A stretch of DNA of 64,000 nt from Octopus bimaculoides (taxonomy: Eukaryota). Shown here in pieces: positions 49,934-62,827 of this stretch. Numbering within the stretch: the stretch's first letter is position 1; every line of letters begins with the position of its first letter. A program made the translations under genes and the position numbers. Below the pieces are notes generated by a model that was not told the origin of the DNA, did not search any database, and saw only the letters and a program-made list of their open reading frames with translations. The stretch is taken from positions 149,153,822 to 149,217,821 of the forward strand of contig NC_068981.1 of assembly GCF_001194135.2 (NCBI RefSeq), written 5' to 3'.

Positions 49934-50622
49934 TAGGCATACCCCGGCTTAAGTCGTTTCGATTTAATTCGTCGATTTACGTCGGTTTTCAAAAATAATA
50001 TATGGAAAAATAAAAATGAAGTCATTTTACTCGACATTACGTCTGTCCGTCACACACTGGAATCATAAAATAACCAGAAAACCGTTAAAAGCACATACGA
50101 TCATATTACTGTACAATAAATAAGAATAAAAGCATATAAAATCATATTGAAATACGTACAGTAAATGTTAAATTATACACCATAAAGTAGTGTAACTTAA
50201 TGAACGAAATCATGAAATCATGAAATCACCAAATTATATGTACGTAGTGGTAAATTTAAAATAATTTATTTTCTTACTAATGCGAAATAATAATAATTAC
50301 TGAATTTATTTTTTAAGCTTAAAAAAGGCTTTTATTTTACCATGTCTTATTGCAAAGCGCATTCATAAATAAAACGTCCTCTATGAACGGTAAACACCGT
50401 CGAATTGTACTCGTAAATTTAGATCACATTTTTTTTTATTACCGTACTGTATTAAAAAATAAAAATTATTTGTTTGTAACCTTGAAGTAGGTTTTTATTA
50501 ACCATATGCTATTGAAAAAGCATTCATAAATAAAGTACAGAATGGTTATTATCGATTTAGCCTAGAGACAAGAAAATTCGGGCTAGCCTAGCCTATTAAC
50601 GACATAGGGTGAGGTACGCCTG
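49934..50622. mobile_element. pogo/Tigger-like MITE
   Basis: Termini TAGGCATACCCC..AAGTCGTT / AACGAC..GAGGTACGCCTG with TA flanks, similar to the Tigger CAGGCATACCTCG terminus. Confidence 0.6.
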
Positions 50623-50636
50623 TATATATATTAAAA

Positions 50637-51306
50637 AAATAAGGGTGAAAATTTGAATATTAATTTGATTAATATCAATTTAAAACCAGTGGCTTAGCAA
50701 ATTGAAAACATCTGAAGATTCAGAAAAATTATATTACATAAATATAAGAGGGATGACCACTAAGTGGACATCACTTTTGCTAGAAGTAGACCACCTATGG
50801 TCTGACCACTAAGAAAAGATATTTCTCAAGAAAATTCAGCAAACACCAGAACGTAAGCGAGCAACACAAATGAAAAGATCCAAAATATAAAGATTAATCA
50901 TAGACCGGTTTCGTTGTCAATTACTTACGTAATTACGTACGTAATTGTCCGCAACTCTTCAGTATGATCGTCTTAGCAATATAATATGCAGAACTATACA
51001 CGAGACGTCCGCATGAGATTGAGCATGTATATAGTTCTACCAATTACATTTGGGGTTTTATTTCAAAAGTCTTCGTTCTGGCGGGCCAAATACCGGAAAT
51101 AATTCTGCAGAAAATAATTCGTTGCAGTGAATTTTGCAGGTTAAAGAACATGGTTATTTCTAGCAAAAGGGATGTCCACTTAGTGGTCATCCCTCTTATA
51201 TGTATGTAATATAATTTTTCTGAACCATCAGAGTTTTTCAATTTGCCAGGCCACTGGTTTTAAATTGATATTAACCAAATTAATATTCAATTTTTCAGCC
51301 TTATTA
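50637..51306 (-). mobile_element. Penelope-like pLTR remnant with 149-bp inverted arms
   Basis: 50637-50785 is the reverse complement of 51158-51306; the interior holds an intact hammerhead. Confidence 0.7.
50897..50968 (-). ncRNA. Intact minimal type I hammerhead ribozyme
   Basis: ATCATA-CTGAAGA-GTTG[..CAATTAC..GTAATTG..]CAAC-GAAA-C(CG)G-TC^TATGAT; all core residues canonical, GUC triplet, palindromic ACCGGT stem III; predicted cut between 50903 and 50902. Confidence 0.9.
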
Positions 51307-51405
51307 TTTAAATTTAAATAACCATGTTATATATATAATTTGGATATATTTTTACGATTATTACTGTATGAGTTGTGAGTGTATATGTATGCATGTACGA
51401 TGTAC

Positions 51406-51493
<88 letters not shown>

Positions 51494-52711
51494 ATACGAA
51501 TATGAATATAAATATAGAACATTATGTGTGCAAGCGTGTCTGACACTGCTCGCGATCAAAACACTAATACGAGCCAACATAGCAATTCATCTTGCCCCAT
51601 AAGTGATTTTGGCATGGTAGTAGGAATTAACACTAAGTCTCACACTGTTTCATCAAAAGTATTGCAACGTTGATAGTGACAGAAGTGCTGGACAGTTTTA
51701 TTGTCATCTTTCTTCTTGCAACGGTAGACAACATATGTTGTATTCTAAAGACATTTTTGCAGTTTGTCAGGTGTTGCTGAACTCATAGGAAGAAAACAAA
51801 TGGCTGGTCAAAAGAAAGAGAACACTGTTTCATGGTTACCAAAAAGAAAACAACGAAAATATCAAATAATGAGTAAAAAAAACCCCAAACAAAAACAAAA
51901 ATAAATTGTCAGTCAACAAAGAACTCAATAAATAAGTAAATACATTCAATGAAGAATAATTGGTACCATGCCAAAGCACTGGAAATCCAGAAATTGGTTT
52001 ACGTGCGTGACGTAAGAGTCTTTTTTTCAGTGCGACTTAAGCACTTTGTGGTTATAGTATATCAATTCAAACATCTCTACCATCTGAAGATAGCGCATAA
52101 TTTTCAAGGAAGGAACGTGTGCTATACTGTACCTCGCGTGAGTTTATTTCTAGAGTGCAACCATTTGATATAAGCTTTCATTTTGTTCTGTGCTCTTCAT
52201 TCAGGCAACAATCGAGGGAAAGAGAATTTTAGAAATATACTTAAAGCGAGTAGCCACATCAAAGTGGCAGGTGAATGTTACTACTAGTTTAATCCAAGGT
52301 GGATTCTCCACCAGTTGGTTTTCAGTGCACCCTTTATATACACTATATCGCTAAGAAGAAGAGCGAACCCCTATTATTCCCCAGCAGCTGACAGGATCGT
52401 GGGACCGGCCAATTTCGAACTATTTGACTCACATCAGCTGCGTGCACCTGCGAAGTGGAGTAATAGTAAAGACCCGCTTCTGCGAGCTTCTGCCAGTTAT
52501 AAAATCTCAAGAAGAGATAGAATAATAACGTATACTAAACAATAAATACACACACGCACACGCACACGCGCGCGCGCGCGCGCACACACACACACACACA
52601 CACAGTGAAAAGAGAATTTAATTTATTCCTGTATGTTTTTAAACTGTCCGTCGAACGGGTAGGTGGAATGCCGAGTAAAGGTTGTGAATATTTTGAAGCT
52701 TTAAAGAATTA

Positions 52712-52807
<96 letters not shown>

Positions 52808-52973
52808 GGTATGACTGTCTGTCTGTCTCTCTCATTATACATACATACATACATACAGATATACACACACATATATATATATATATATATNNNNNNNNNN
52901 NNNNNNNNNNNNNNNNNNNNNNNNNNNNNNNNNNNNNNNNNNNNNNNNNNNNNNNNNNNNNNNNNNNNNNNNN

Positions 52974-53004
<31 letters not shown>

Positions 53005-53130
53005 TAGATTTAATCAAAAAATTAAATGTGGTATGTTTGGGGCACCAGAATTTGGTAGGTTAAATACCAAAAACAAAATCAAGAGATTTGGTGAATAAAA
53101 TTTGAAGTTAAGCAACAAAAATTCAATAGG

Positions 53131-53227
53131 TTATAGCAATACATACGTTTCGTACAAACTTCATTTATTTATGTAGTGAAAACACCACATAAAATGTGCA
53201 ATGAAATTGTACTCCTCAGCTGCATAA
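53131..53227 (-). ncRNA. Type I hammerhead ribozyme, left arm of the palindrome
   Basis: TTATGCAG-CTGAGGA-GTACAA[long hairpin]TTGTAC-GAAA-C(GTAT)G-TA^TTGC(T)ATAA; core intact; predicted cut between 53140 and 53139. Confidence 0.8.
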
Positions 53228-53376
53228 TGGAAGTTTATTTCAGAAAGTCATTTTGAAGATGCTTGCAAAAAACAAGAGTAAGAGAAGAAACATACCATCT
53301 CGAGATGGTATGTTTTCTTCTCTTACTCTTGTTTTTTGCAAGCATCTTCAAAATGACTTTCTGAAATAAACTTCCA

Positions 53377-53471
53377 TTATGCAACTGAGGAGTACATTTT
53401 CAATGTATTTTCTGTGGTGTTCTCACTACATGAATAAATGGAGCTTGTACGAAACGTACGTACTGCTATAA
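53377..53471 (+). ncRNA. Type I hammerhead ribozyme, right arm of the palindrome
   Basis: TTATGCAA-CTGAGGA-GTACA[..]TGTAC-GAAA-C(GTAC)G-TA^CTGC(T)ATAA; core intact, ACGTACGT palindrome, A-C mismatch at the first pair of stem I; predicted cut after 53462. Confidence 0.75.
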
Positions 53472-53659
53472 CCTATTGAATTTTTGTTGCTTATCTTGAA
53501 ATATATATATATGGAACAATGCACTTGAATACAGAACTTACTAGTTTATTTAGTAGTAATCAACCGTTACTATTATTAACAACCACATACATACAAATAT
53601 TCATAAACATATACATACATACATAAATACATACATACACACATACATACATACATATA

Positions 53660-53700
<41 letters not shown>

Positions 53701-54277
53701 ATATAAATATATGGGTATTGATATAAAGGTTATTAAATATTAAGGTACCTAAAGTTTGACTTGTAAAGTACTCTTCACTGTTGTAACTTGGACAATGAAT
53801 GCTCGATACTTACTAATCAACATCTTACACACACACACACATACACACACACACACATACACACACGCACACACACACACTCACTCACACACACACACAC
53901 ACACGCACGCACACAAACACACACATGCATATATGTATGTATGTATATATATATATATATACTGGTCTTCGAAACGTCTAGATAGAATAGAGACAGCTGA
54001 TGAAGGGATATTCCAAGGGGCTTTCCGTTTTCCTGTGTTCGTTCCGTTGTCTGTAGTTTATTGTTCTAACGTCCTGTACCCTGATATGCATGTATATACA
54101 CATGTAGATGTAAGTATGTACATATATGTGTGTATACATGTATATATATTCTTTGTATTATTATATATATNNNNNNNNNNNNNNNNNNNNNNNNNNNNNN
54201 NNNNNNNNNNNNNNNNNNNNNNNNNNNNNNNNNNNNNNNNNNNNNNNNNNNNNNNNNNNNNNNNNNNNNNNNNNNNN

Positions 54278-54320
<43 letters not shown>

Positions 54321-55979
54321 ATATATGTATAGGCATATATATATAGAGAGAGAGAGGGAGAGAGAGAGGGGGAGAGAGACAGACAGAGAGAGAGACAGAG
54401 ACAGAGAGATAGACGGTGAGATCGATGGACCAAAGGATACAGAGAAAGGTTGGTATTATATAGACACAGACATCCACACACACATCTATAGATAGCGAGG
54501 GAAAATAACTGGTTAAATTTATGTGTGTGCGTGCAAAGATTAAAATTCCTCATATAAACTAACAGACTTAGGAAGCAATACATGGCATATTCTTTGACGA
54601 AACTTGTCCTTAAGTATTTTGTAAGGGGCCCACAACGTAATAAATGCATTTAAGCATATAATATGACATTTAGTATCGGTTTGTTTTTTCCCTGTTATAA
54701 GAGTTCTTTGTTCTTATCTCAAGCTGAACCACACTTGCTCCTATTTCTGCCCTCTTACGCAACCTTGCCTTGTACCAGTCTTTTTATATTAGACTATGCT
54801 GGCCGACACTATCCGTTTCCATTGCCAATCCTAGCCGGAATGTCGAAATACATTAGAATCACCCTCTTCTCTCATACTGTTTTCTGTCCATGTCTTTCGC
54901 TTTTTTTTTCTTTCTCGTTTTCTCGTTCTTTTGCTTTTTCTGCACACATATTCAAACGCGTCCCTTTTCTGCGTATATGCACACATACATATAAGCATAC
55001 ATACATAACTACATACATCCATAATACATACATATATATATCCCTATATATGCATACATATTTACATGCATATATACTCAGATACTTATGTATGTATATA
55101 TGTATGTATATATGTATGTATGTATGTATGCACGTATGTATGTATGTATGTATGTATGTATGTATGTATGTATGTATGTATGTGTGCATGTGTGCAGAAA
55201 AGGGACGCTTCTGAATATGTCAGCAAAAACAAAAAAAAAACGGGGTAGAAACAGAAAAAGAGAAAAAGAGGTTTGTATACATGTAAGTATATGTATGTAT
55301 ATATGTATGTATGTATGTATNNNNNNNNNNNNNNNNNNNNNNNNNNNNNNNNNNNNNNNNNNNNNNNNNNNNNNNNNNNNNNNNNNNNNNNNNNNNNNNN
55401 NNNNNNNNNNNNNNNNNNNNNNNNNNNNNNNNNNNNNNNNNNNNNNNNNNNNNNNNNNNNNNNNNNNNNNNNNNNNNNNNNNNNNNNNNNNNNNNNNNNN
55501 NNNNNNNNNNNNNNNNNNNNNNNNNNNNNNNNNNNNNNNNNNNNNNNNNNNNNNNNNNNNNNNNNNNNNNNNNNNNNNNNNNNNNNNNNNNNNNNNNNNN
55601 NNNNNNNNNNNNNNNNNNNNNNNNNNNNNNNNNNNNNNNNNNNNNNNNNNNNNNNNNNNNNNNNNNNNNNNNNNNNNNNNNNNNNNNNNNNNNNNNNNNN
55701 NNNNNNNNNNNNNNNNNNNNNNNNNNNNNNNNNNNNNNNNNNNNNNNNNNNNNNNNNNNNNNNNNNNNNNNNNNNNNNNNNNNNNNNNNNNNNNNNNNNN
55801 NNNNNNNNNNNNNNNNNNNNNNNNNNNNNNNNNNNNNNNNNNNNNNNNNNNNNNNNNNNNNNNNNNNNNNNNNNNNNNNNNNNNNNNNNNNNNNNNNNNN
55901 NNNNNNNNNNNNNNNNNNNNNNNNNNNNNNNNNNNATATACATACATACATATATATACATATATATATATACATACAT

Positions 55980-56012
<33 letters not shown>

Positions 56013-56319
56013 GATATATATATATATATACATGTATGTATGTATGTATGTATGTATGTACGTGTGTGTGTGTGAATGTGTGTGTGTGTGTGTGTGTATA
56101 AAACAAAGTATTGAACACCTAGGGTAAGCAAATCGGTAGCATTAGGTATCTATAGCTACTGGATTTGTTGAATATATAAAGAGAGCGTTTCCCTGGGATT
56201 GGTCAGACTGAGGTACACTACGACGGAGACACTTCTGATGAGAATCCAGCAAATGTAGTAAGATTGTTCATCAGTCTATGGAGAAATAGTAATGTTTGCC
56301 CTATTTATATATCTACTGC

Positions 56320-56357
<38 letters not shown>

Positions 56358-57380
56358 TGTTTGTGCCTGCGTATACACGTATATATGTGTTTATGTATAT
56401 ATACATGAACACATTCGTCTAGTGCAATTTAGATTTTAAATTACCAGCATTTATAACCCCTTGTGTATTTATGTTCGTGTATTGCAGTTGTATCCTGTTG
56501 TGAAATCCGGATTTCAGTGATACATAGAATATGTGCCGGAAAACAAAAGAAAATGTGATATCGTTTATAAGATATTTAGTTACACCATCTTACACACGTT
56601 TCCTTAATACAGTGATTTGTTTGTTACTTAAATGCAAATAACAAAGTCAAGACTTATTTTGAAATCATCAGAAAACTGTAAATTTTATACGTTTCTTTAG
56701 GGAATTGAAAAGATAACAGAATTCACGATCGTGGCGTGGCTAATTCTTTATACGATGGTGAATTCTGCCAAGCCAATGAAAGGCTCCTTCAAATCGTAGA
56801 CACTTCAGTCGTTATAAAAGGAAGCTGTAAATTATCCCACGATCCACAGTCTTAAGAGAAAAAAAGGATACTTTGCAATGTAGTCTGTGATATACAAAAA
56901 TACAGAATACTCACGGCTGGAAAGCCTTCTATATTAGATTTATTCGATCAGACACGGACTTAATGCTCTACTTAGTAGAGGGACCAGCCAAAATTCTCGT
57001 GAATCAAATTCTATTGCTTTAAAAAAGAAGATCACCCTATATGAAATCCAAGTCATTGATAAATACGTTATACTTAAGATAACGTGTTCGCACTAGTATA
57101 CATAGACACATAATTTCGAAGGTGATTTATAAATCTGTCACTAACTCCGATTTTCTCGCATTTCTGCTTTTGTTTAGGCGACAGATTTCAGTTTTCCTTA
57201 GCTGAACGTGCACATAAGCACGAGACAATCGGAATAGCAATGGAGCTGATTATCAGCTTTGAATAAATAATCTCCTACGCAATATCTCAGCTAGTTTTTA
57301 TTCCCAATTTATGTATCTCACTCACTCGCGTGACCACACACTTTCACGTTAACTCGCTCACTCTTTTTCTCTTCTACTTG

Positions 57381-57498
<118 letters not shown>

Positions 57499-57779
57499 TC
57501 ACAGATGCGGCACATACACCCCCACCCATGCAAGCATCAACTGTAAGCTTGCTGTCACCTGTAACAAAGCTTATTCCGATGCATAAAGCACCATTCTTCA
57601 CTCCTCCCTAAATTACTGGACACAAAAATCATCCGCATGTAACTTTGACTCTTCGTGTCCTACCTACGCTGCTTTCGCAAACAGAGATCTTGAAATCAAC
57701 CTTCATTAGGAACATGGCTATTTTGTCTTATTCTACTACGCGGAAGATGCATTCAATACTTATCGATATTAGACTACAT

Positions 57780-58032
57780 CAGTGGTTCTCAACCATTTTT
57801 TTACCTGTAGACTCCTTTGATTCCTAATTCCCCGAGGTTGACCCTCAAAGCGATTCGGTGTTTTAAAAATTCTCTTATAATTTTTACAATTAAATATTAT
57901 TAGGAACTATGTAAAAAAAGAAATTGTTAAAATATTTTGTGTATTGTAGAAAACCAATTCATTGCTCATAAACTTTAAATGAGTTTTATATAAAATCTCA
58001 AGTGCTATATGTACCCCAGCTCAGAACTACTG
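57780..58032. mobile_element. hAT-like MITE related to 25820-26088
   Basis: CAGTGGTTCTCAACC / AGCTCAGAACTACTG termini; no clear TSD. Confidence 0.55.
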
Positions 58033-58149
58033 GTGATCATCATCTAGTCTTGAATAATTTGCAAATAAACTTTCAAAGTAACTAAAATTGTAACACTACA
58101 CAATAACACATGCTTTCCATTGATGTTTCTATAAACATAACGTTGCTAA

Positions 58150-58650
58150 AACACCATTTTAAAGAACTGAGTTACTCTTCGGTGTTAGATGGTAAATACT
58201 TCAACTCTGATTAGATTCTGACTGTTTCCAAAGATTAAGAAAGTCATACTATGGAGTATTCCGCTGAACCTCTTCAAAATATTCGCGAATATAGCCAAAG
58301 AAGTCCCTCTGGCTGATAAGCATGGGGCTCCTAAAAAAAAGTCCCCCAAAACAAGCACAATCAAATATCTGACTTAACGACAACCTACCCCCTCTTTCCG
58401 CCTGTAATATCGTTAATCAAGAGTTTCTTTATGCTCCTCTAAATCAGCTACAGACGTGACCCCTCTACCTAAAGTCCACTCCAGGCACCAGGCTCGCATG
58501 TCACGGCACTAACCGCTATGTCCAATCCTTCCACCACATAACATCAGTTTTCTGGAATTTCCTCCCCGCCTACGGTTTTCCTGCAGTCGTCGACATTAAA
58601 ATGTTCAAACCGAACATCAACTGTATCAATTTCGCAAATCTCGGAGGGCT
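58150..58650 (+). mobile_element. Decayed LINE (CR1/Jockey-like) 3' fragment
   Basis: ..TNRYVQSFHHITSVFWNFLPAYGFPAVVDIKMFKPNIN resembles the SF.P.T..LWN.LP..VFP...FK C-terminal motif. Confidence 0.6.
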
Positions 58651-59029
58651 TTGAGAAACATTTGGCTATTGCGTCGTATCCCTCGCTAAAAATTCAAAAA
58701 TGTATGTATGTATGTATGTATGTATGCATGTATGTATGTATGTATGCATGTATGTATGATTGTATGTGTGTATGTATGTATGTATGCATGCGTGTATGTA
58801 TATGTATGTATCAATGTGTCTATGTTTATATGTATATGAATATGCACACATGTATTTATATACGTATGTGTTCATTAAGTGTATAATTATGCATGTATAC
58901 TTATGTACTATATATGTGTGTGTGTGTGTGTATGTATATATATAACATTAACATGTATATACATAAGTATGTGTATATATATATATGTATATATAGATAT
59001 GTGTATATATATGTGTGTGTGCGTGTGTA

Positions 59030-59061
<32 letters not shown>

Positions 59062-59062
59062 C

Positions 59063-59107
<45 letters not shown>

Positions 59108-59588
59108 CAAGGCATTTAGAAACTTTCGTCCGATTCTTATTTTGAAAACTATTGTAGATTTTTCGATTAATTCTGTTGTATACAACAATGATGAATAATA
59201 GCTACGAATGAAACAAGGATACACGAATGATAACTACGAATGATTTCTGCAGACTAGCTTCCAACTACTCAACTTTTCCCTCAGATGTTGCAGATTTGGG
59301 TGCGTTGTTTACATAGCTCGTTGTTTCGAACTTGTTAACTGGTAACTTGATGCTCCTGCCTTCCACCGCATAGATATAAAATTTTCCACTGAGGCGACGA
59401 GTTGCCTCAGCTGTATTTGTACCACTCTGATAAAAATGTCGGACAACAACAATTCGTTGATTCCGATTCAGTCTAAAAGTCATCTTCCTCGAAACTTCGA
59501 AGACAACCTGCAATAATACAATAATAATACAATAATACAATAATAATACAATAATATTAAAATCGGGCGAAACTTTCTGGACACCCTG
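59108..59588 (-). mobile_element. Internally deleted Tc1/mariner-like element with an N-terminal HTH remnant
   Basis: TIRs CAAGGCATTTAGAAACTTTCGTCCGATT / AATCGGGCGAAACTTTCTGGACACCCTG, TA flanks; MTFRLNRNQRIVVVRHFYQSG..AEATRRL..KF..VNKFETT resembles a DUF4817-type HTH. Confidence 0.7.
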
Positions 59589-59597
59589 TATATATGT

Positions 59598-59683
<86 letters not shown>

Positions 59684-59903
59684 GTGCGTACGTGAGCGCA
59701 TGTGTGTATTTATATATATACGTATATGAAACGATCGTACTGCATTAACTTTGAATATCCTTGTTGCTTATTTTGATATATATGTATGTATGTATACATA
59801 TGAATGCGTATACATATGCTTGTATATATTTTTTTATTCTTTTACTTGTTTCAATTATTTGACTGCAGCCATGCTAGAGCAGCCTCTTGAGATATGGAAA
59901 TTT

Positions 59904-59939
<36 letters not shown>

Positions 59940-60468
59940 TCTATTTATATGTATGTATATAAATACATACACTCATACATGTATACACACACACACTCGC
60001 ACAAGCACACACACACACGTGCGCACACACACAAACACACACACACACACGTGCGCTCACACACAAACACACACACACATACACACACACACGCATGTAT
60101 ATATATACATAGATGTATATTAGGAGCTTACTTTCAAAACCAGTATCAGTGCATATTTGGTCGATTTCAGTATAATCGTCAAAGTACAATCTGAAAGTTG
60201 CTGGCTTCACACACGCAAAATTTTCTTCAGTCAAACTGGGATCGATGTCATATAGGCAGTAGGGAAATTTTAGTCTTCCAATGAAAACCAGATATATTCA
60301 AGTTGTTGTTTTAATCAATTACTCAAACGTCATTCTGATGCGTAATATCATTCCGATGCATAAATATATGCGCGTCTGTGTATACACACACTCACATATA
60401 TACAAACAGTATCGACCAGCATTTTCAACTAACACTGCGCGCGTGTTTACCAGTAGGCTGTGATTAGC

Positions 60469-60975
60469 ATGGTGGAGATGACTCCCTCAAAGCGCCAAGT
60501 GTTAAAATTCCTGAAAGTCATAGACAAGAGAGAAACTTGCCCCAAATCCCATTCAGAAGCGATGGGCATCGATGTTTCACCATTGGCTTATAAACATCTC
60601 GCACCCGAATCGAATTGGAGGCGAACTGAATCGTACTAAATCCCAAATCCGGTTCGAGGACGTGATGCTCGAATTCGGATTCGGGTACGTGATGCTGATA
60701 AGCAACAAATTCCAAATCCGGTTCGGGTACTTGATATTCTGGACGATAATTTTTGCAACGCTAACGCTGCTTCTAATTCCGAATGTAACCACATGTGGAT
60801 CCGTGGCGATTTTTCCCCTCCCTCTTTCTTTTCTCTTGGACTTTCCTCTGTCTCCTGTTTCTGAAGAAGAGCTTTGCTCGAAACGTTGAACCACCTTTCT
60901 TTCCTTCCTCGAGCGTCTGCTAATACTTTGCATGTACCACGTCCTCGCGTTGTTGGTACGTTTTTTGGGGAGGGT
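60469..60975 (+). mobile_element. Penelope-like element 3' remnant
   Basis: Short coding remnant VLKFLKVIDKRETCPKSH resembles the PLE linker KFL.LIDKHFP..H; followed by CpG-rich degenerate repeats and a hammerhead-bearing terminus abutting (TA)n. Confidence 0.5.
60857..60891 (+). ncRNA. Minimal type I hammerhead with intact core and an extra A after A9
   Basis: GTTT-CTGAAGA-A-GAGC(TTT)GCTC-GAAA-CG-TT^GAAC; AACGTT palindrome; predicted cut after 60887. Confidence 0.7.
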
Positions 60976-61496
60976 TAATTATATATATNNNNNNNNNNNN
61001 NNNNNNNNNNNNNNNNNNNNNNNNNNNNNNNNNNNNNNNNNNNNNNNNNNNNNNNNNNNNNNNNNNNNNNNNNNNNNNNNNNNNNNNNNNNNNNNNNNNN
61101 NNNNNNNNNNNNNNNNNNNNNNNNNNNNNNNNNNNNNNNNNNNNNNNNNNNNNNNNNNNNNNNNNNNNNNNNNNNNNNNNNNNNNNNNNNNNNNNNNNNN
61201 NNNNNNNNNNNNNNNNNNNNNNNNNNNNNNNNNNNNNNNNNNNNNNNNNNNNNNNNNNNNNNNNNNNNNNNNNNNNNNNNNNNNNNNTATACATATATAT
61301 ATATACAATATATTAGATACGCTAGGTAAGTTCTCTATCGGATTACTAGGGCTCCAATATAATAATAGCCGAGACGGTTGTTATGGAGCCATTGCAGATT
61401 TCCGGTGCAGCGGATATATAATTGTTAAAGAGGACAACAAACGTTAAGGCAAGGGAAACATCGCAAGTCATATACATTATTATTGGAAAAAATTCA

Positions 61497-61552
61497 GTCT
61501 TACAACTGTTTCTGGGATATCCCCGAGTATGGGATATTCCGTCATCAGAGAC
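61497..61552 (-). ncRNA. Near-intact minimal type I hammerhead ribozyme
   Basis: GTCT-CTGATGA-C-GGAATATCCC(ATACTCG)GGGATATCCC-A-GAAA-C(AGTT)G-TA^AGAC; C-A mismatch at 10.1/11.1; predicted cut between 61501 and 61500. Confidence 0.75.
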
Positions 61553-62772
61553 AAATAAGGAAAATGAGAATGGTATATATTAATGAAACCACGACATAGA
61601 TGAATGAAGTAAAGAAATAAGGAGATGAAGAGAGAGAAGAAAAAAGAAGCATACTGTTGCAAAAAAAGAATATAAAACATTTTTATGCTCAATTTTTCAC
61701 ATGAAAGACAAGGGAGGCAACCCTGAAATTTAAAATCATGGAGAGGTGAAACTCTTTTTTTTTTATCAGTGAATGATAACTCTTGATAGATTTCGCTAAT
61801 GTAAGACTTCATGAGCGGAATATAGTCTAAACGTTAATGTAATTTCCTATGATATGAAACAGGGTCATATGATTTTAATAAATGAACATGGAGTAAACAT
61901 GGAGTAGCGTGATGGCTTTGAAAAAAGACCGAGGAGAATTACTCAGTTCAGGGAGATCTGGGTATTTTTACTTGACTTATTCTCTATCCTTGTAAAACGC
62001 ACAGGATGTAACAAAAGGCTTAACCAATGATTTCAATGTCTATAATGTTTCCGTTCGTATGCTGGAAGTCGCAGTCTAAGACATTCAGTTGCTAAGAATT
62101 AAAAAAAAAAAAAGGTAATTAGAGAAGATTATACTAAGACTAATGCCTTTAGCTATTAGATTGACACGTTTGCAGATTTAAAATAATTGGTCTGTTAGTC
62201 AACAGCAAAGAAAGAAATATGCCAAAAAAAATTATTAGGCAAATATACTCACACAAAACACACAAAAGAATAAAAATATATAGGCACCATGCATACACAC
62301 GTATATATATATATATATATATATATATATNNNNNNNNNNNNNNNNNNNNNNNNNNNNNNNNNNNNNNNNNNNNNNNNNNNNNNNNNNNNNNNNNNNNNN
62401 NNNNNNNNNNNNNNNNNNNNNNNNNNNNNNNNNNNNNNNNNNNNNNNNNNNNNNNNNNNNNNNNNNNNNNNNNNNNNNNNNNNNNNNNNNNNNNNNNNNN
62501 NNNNNNNNNNNNNNNNNNNNNNNNNNNNNNNNNNNNNNNNNNNNNNNNNNNNNNNNNNNNNNNNNNNNNNNNNNNNNNNNNNNNNNNNNNNNNNNNNNNN
62601 NNNNNNNNNNNNNNNNNNNNNNNNNNNNNNNNNNNNNNNNNNNNNNNNNNNNNNNNNNNNNNNNNNNNNNNNNNNNNNNNNNNNNNNNNNNNNNNNNNNN
62701 NNNNNNNNNNNNNNNNNNNNNNNNNNNNNNNNNNNNNNNNNNNNNNNNNNNNNNNNNNNNNNNNNNNNNNNN

Positions 62773-62827
<55 letters not shown>

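Larger units (their letters stand above)
53101..53501. repeat. About 400-bp spacer-less palindrome centred at 53301/53302
   Basis: Centre CCATCTCGAGATGG; arms near-perfect close to the centre with more mismatches distally. Confidence 0.95.

Noticed and set aside
53960-54030. Hammerhead from CGAAACGTC followed by CTGATGAAGGGATATTCC
   Set aside because: The halves are in the wrong order for type I and the stems do not pair for type II or III; probably a truncated relic.
56235-56275. CTGATGA...TCATCAG as a hammerhead
   Set aside because: Forms only a simple hairpin; no GAAA or stem III.
60572-60889. 105-aa ORF with a hydrophobic stretch as a membrane protein
   Set aside because: No homology recognised, it overlaps a repeat-derived terminus, and other frames are similarly open.
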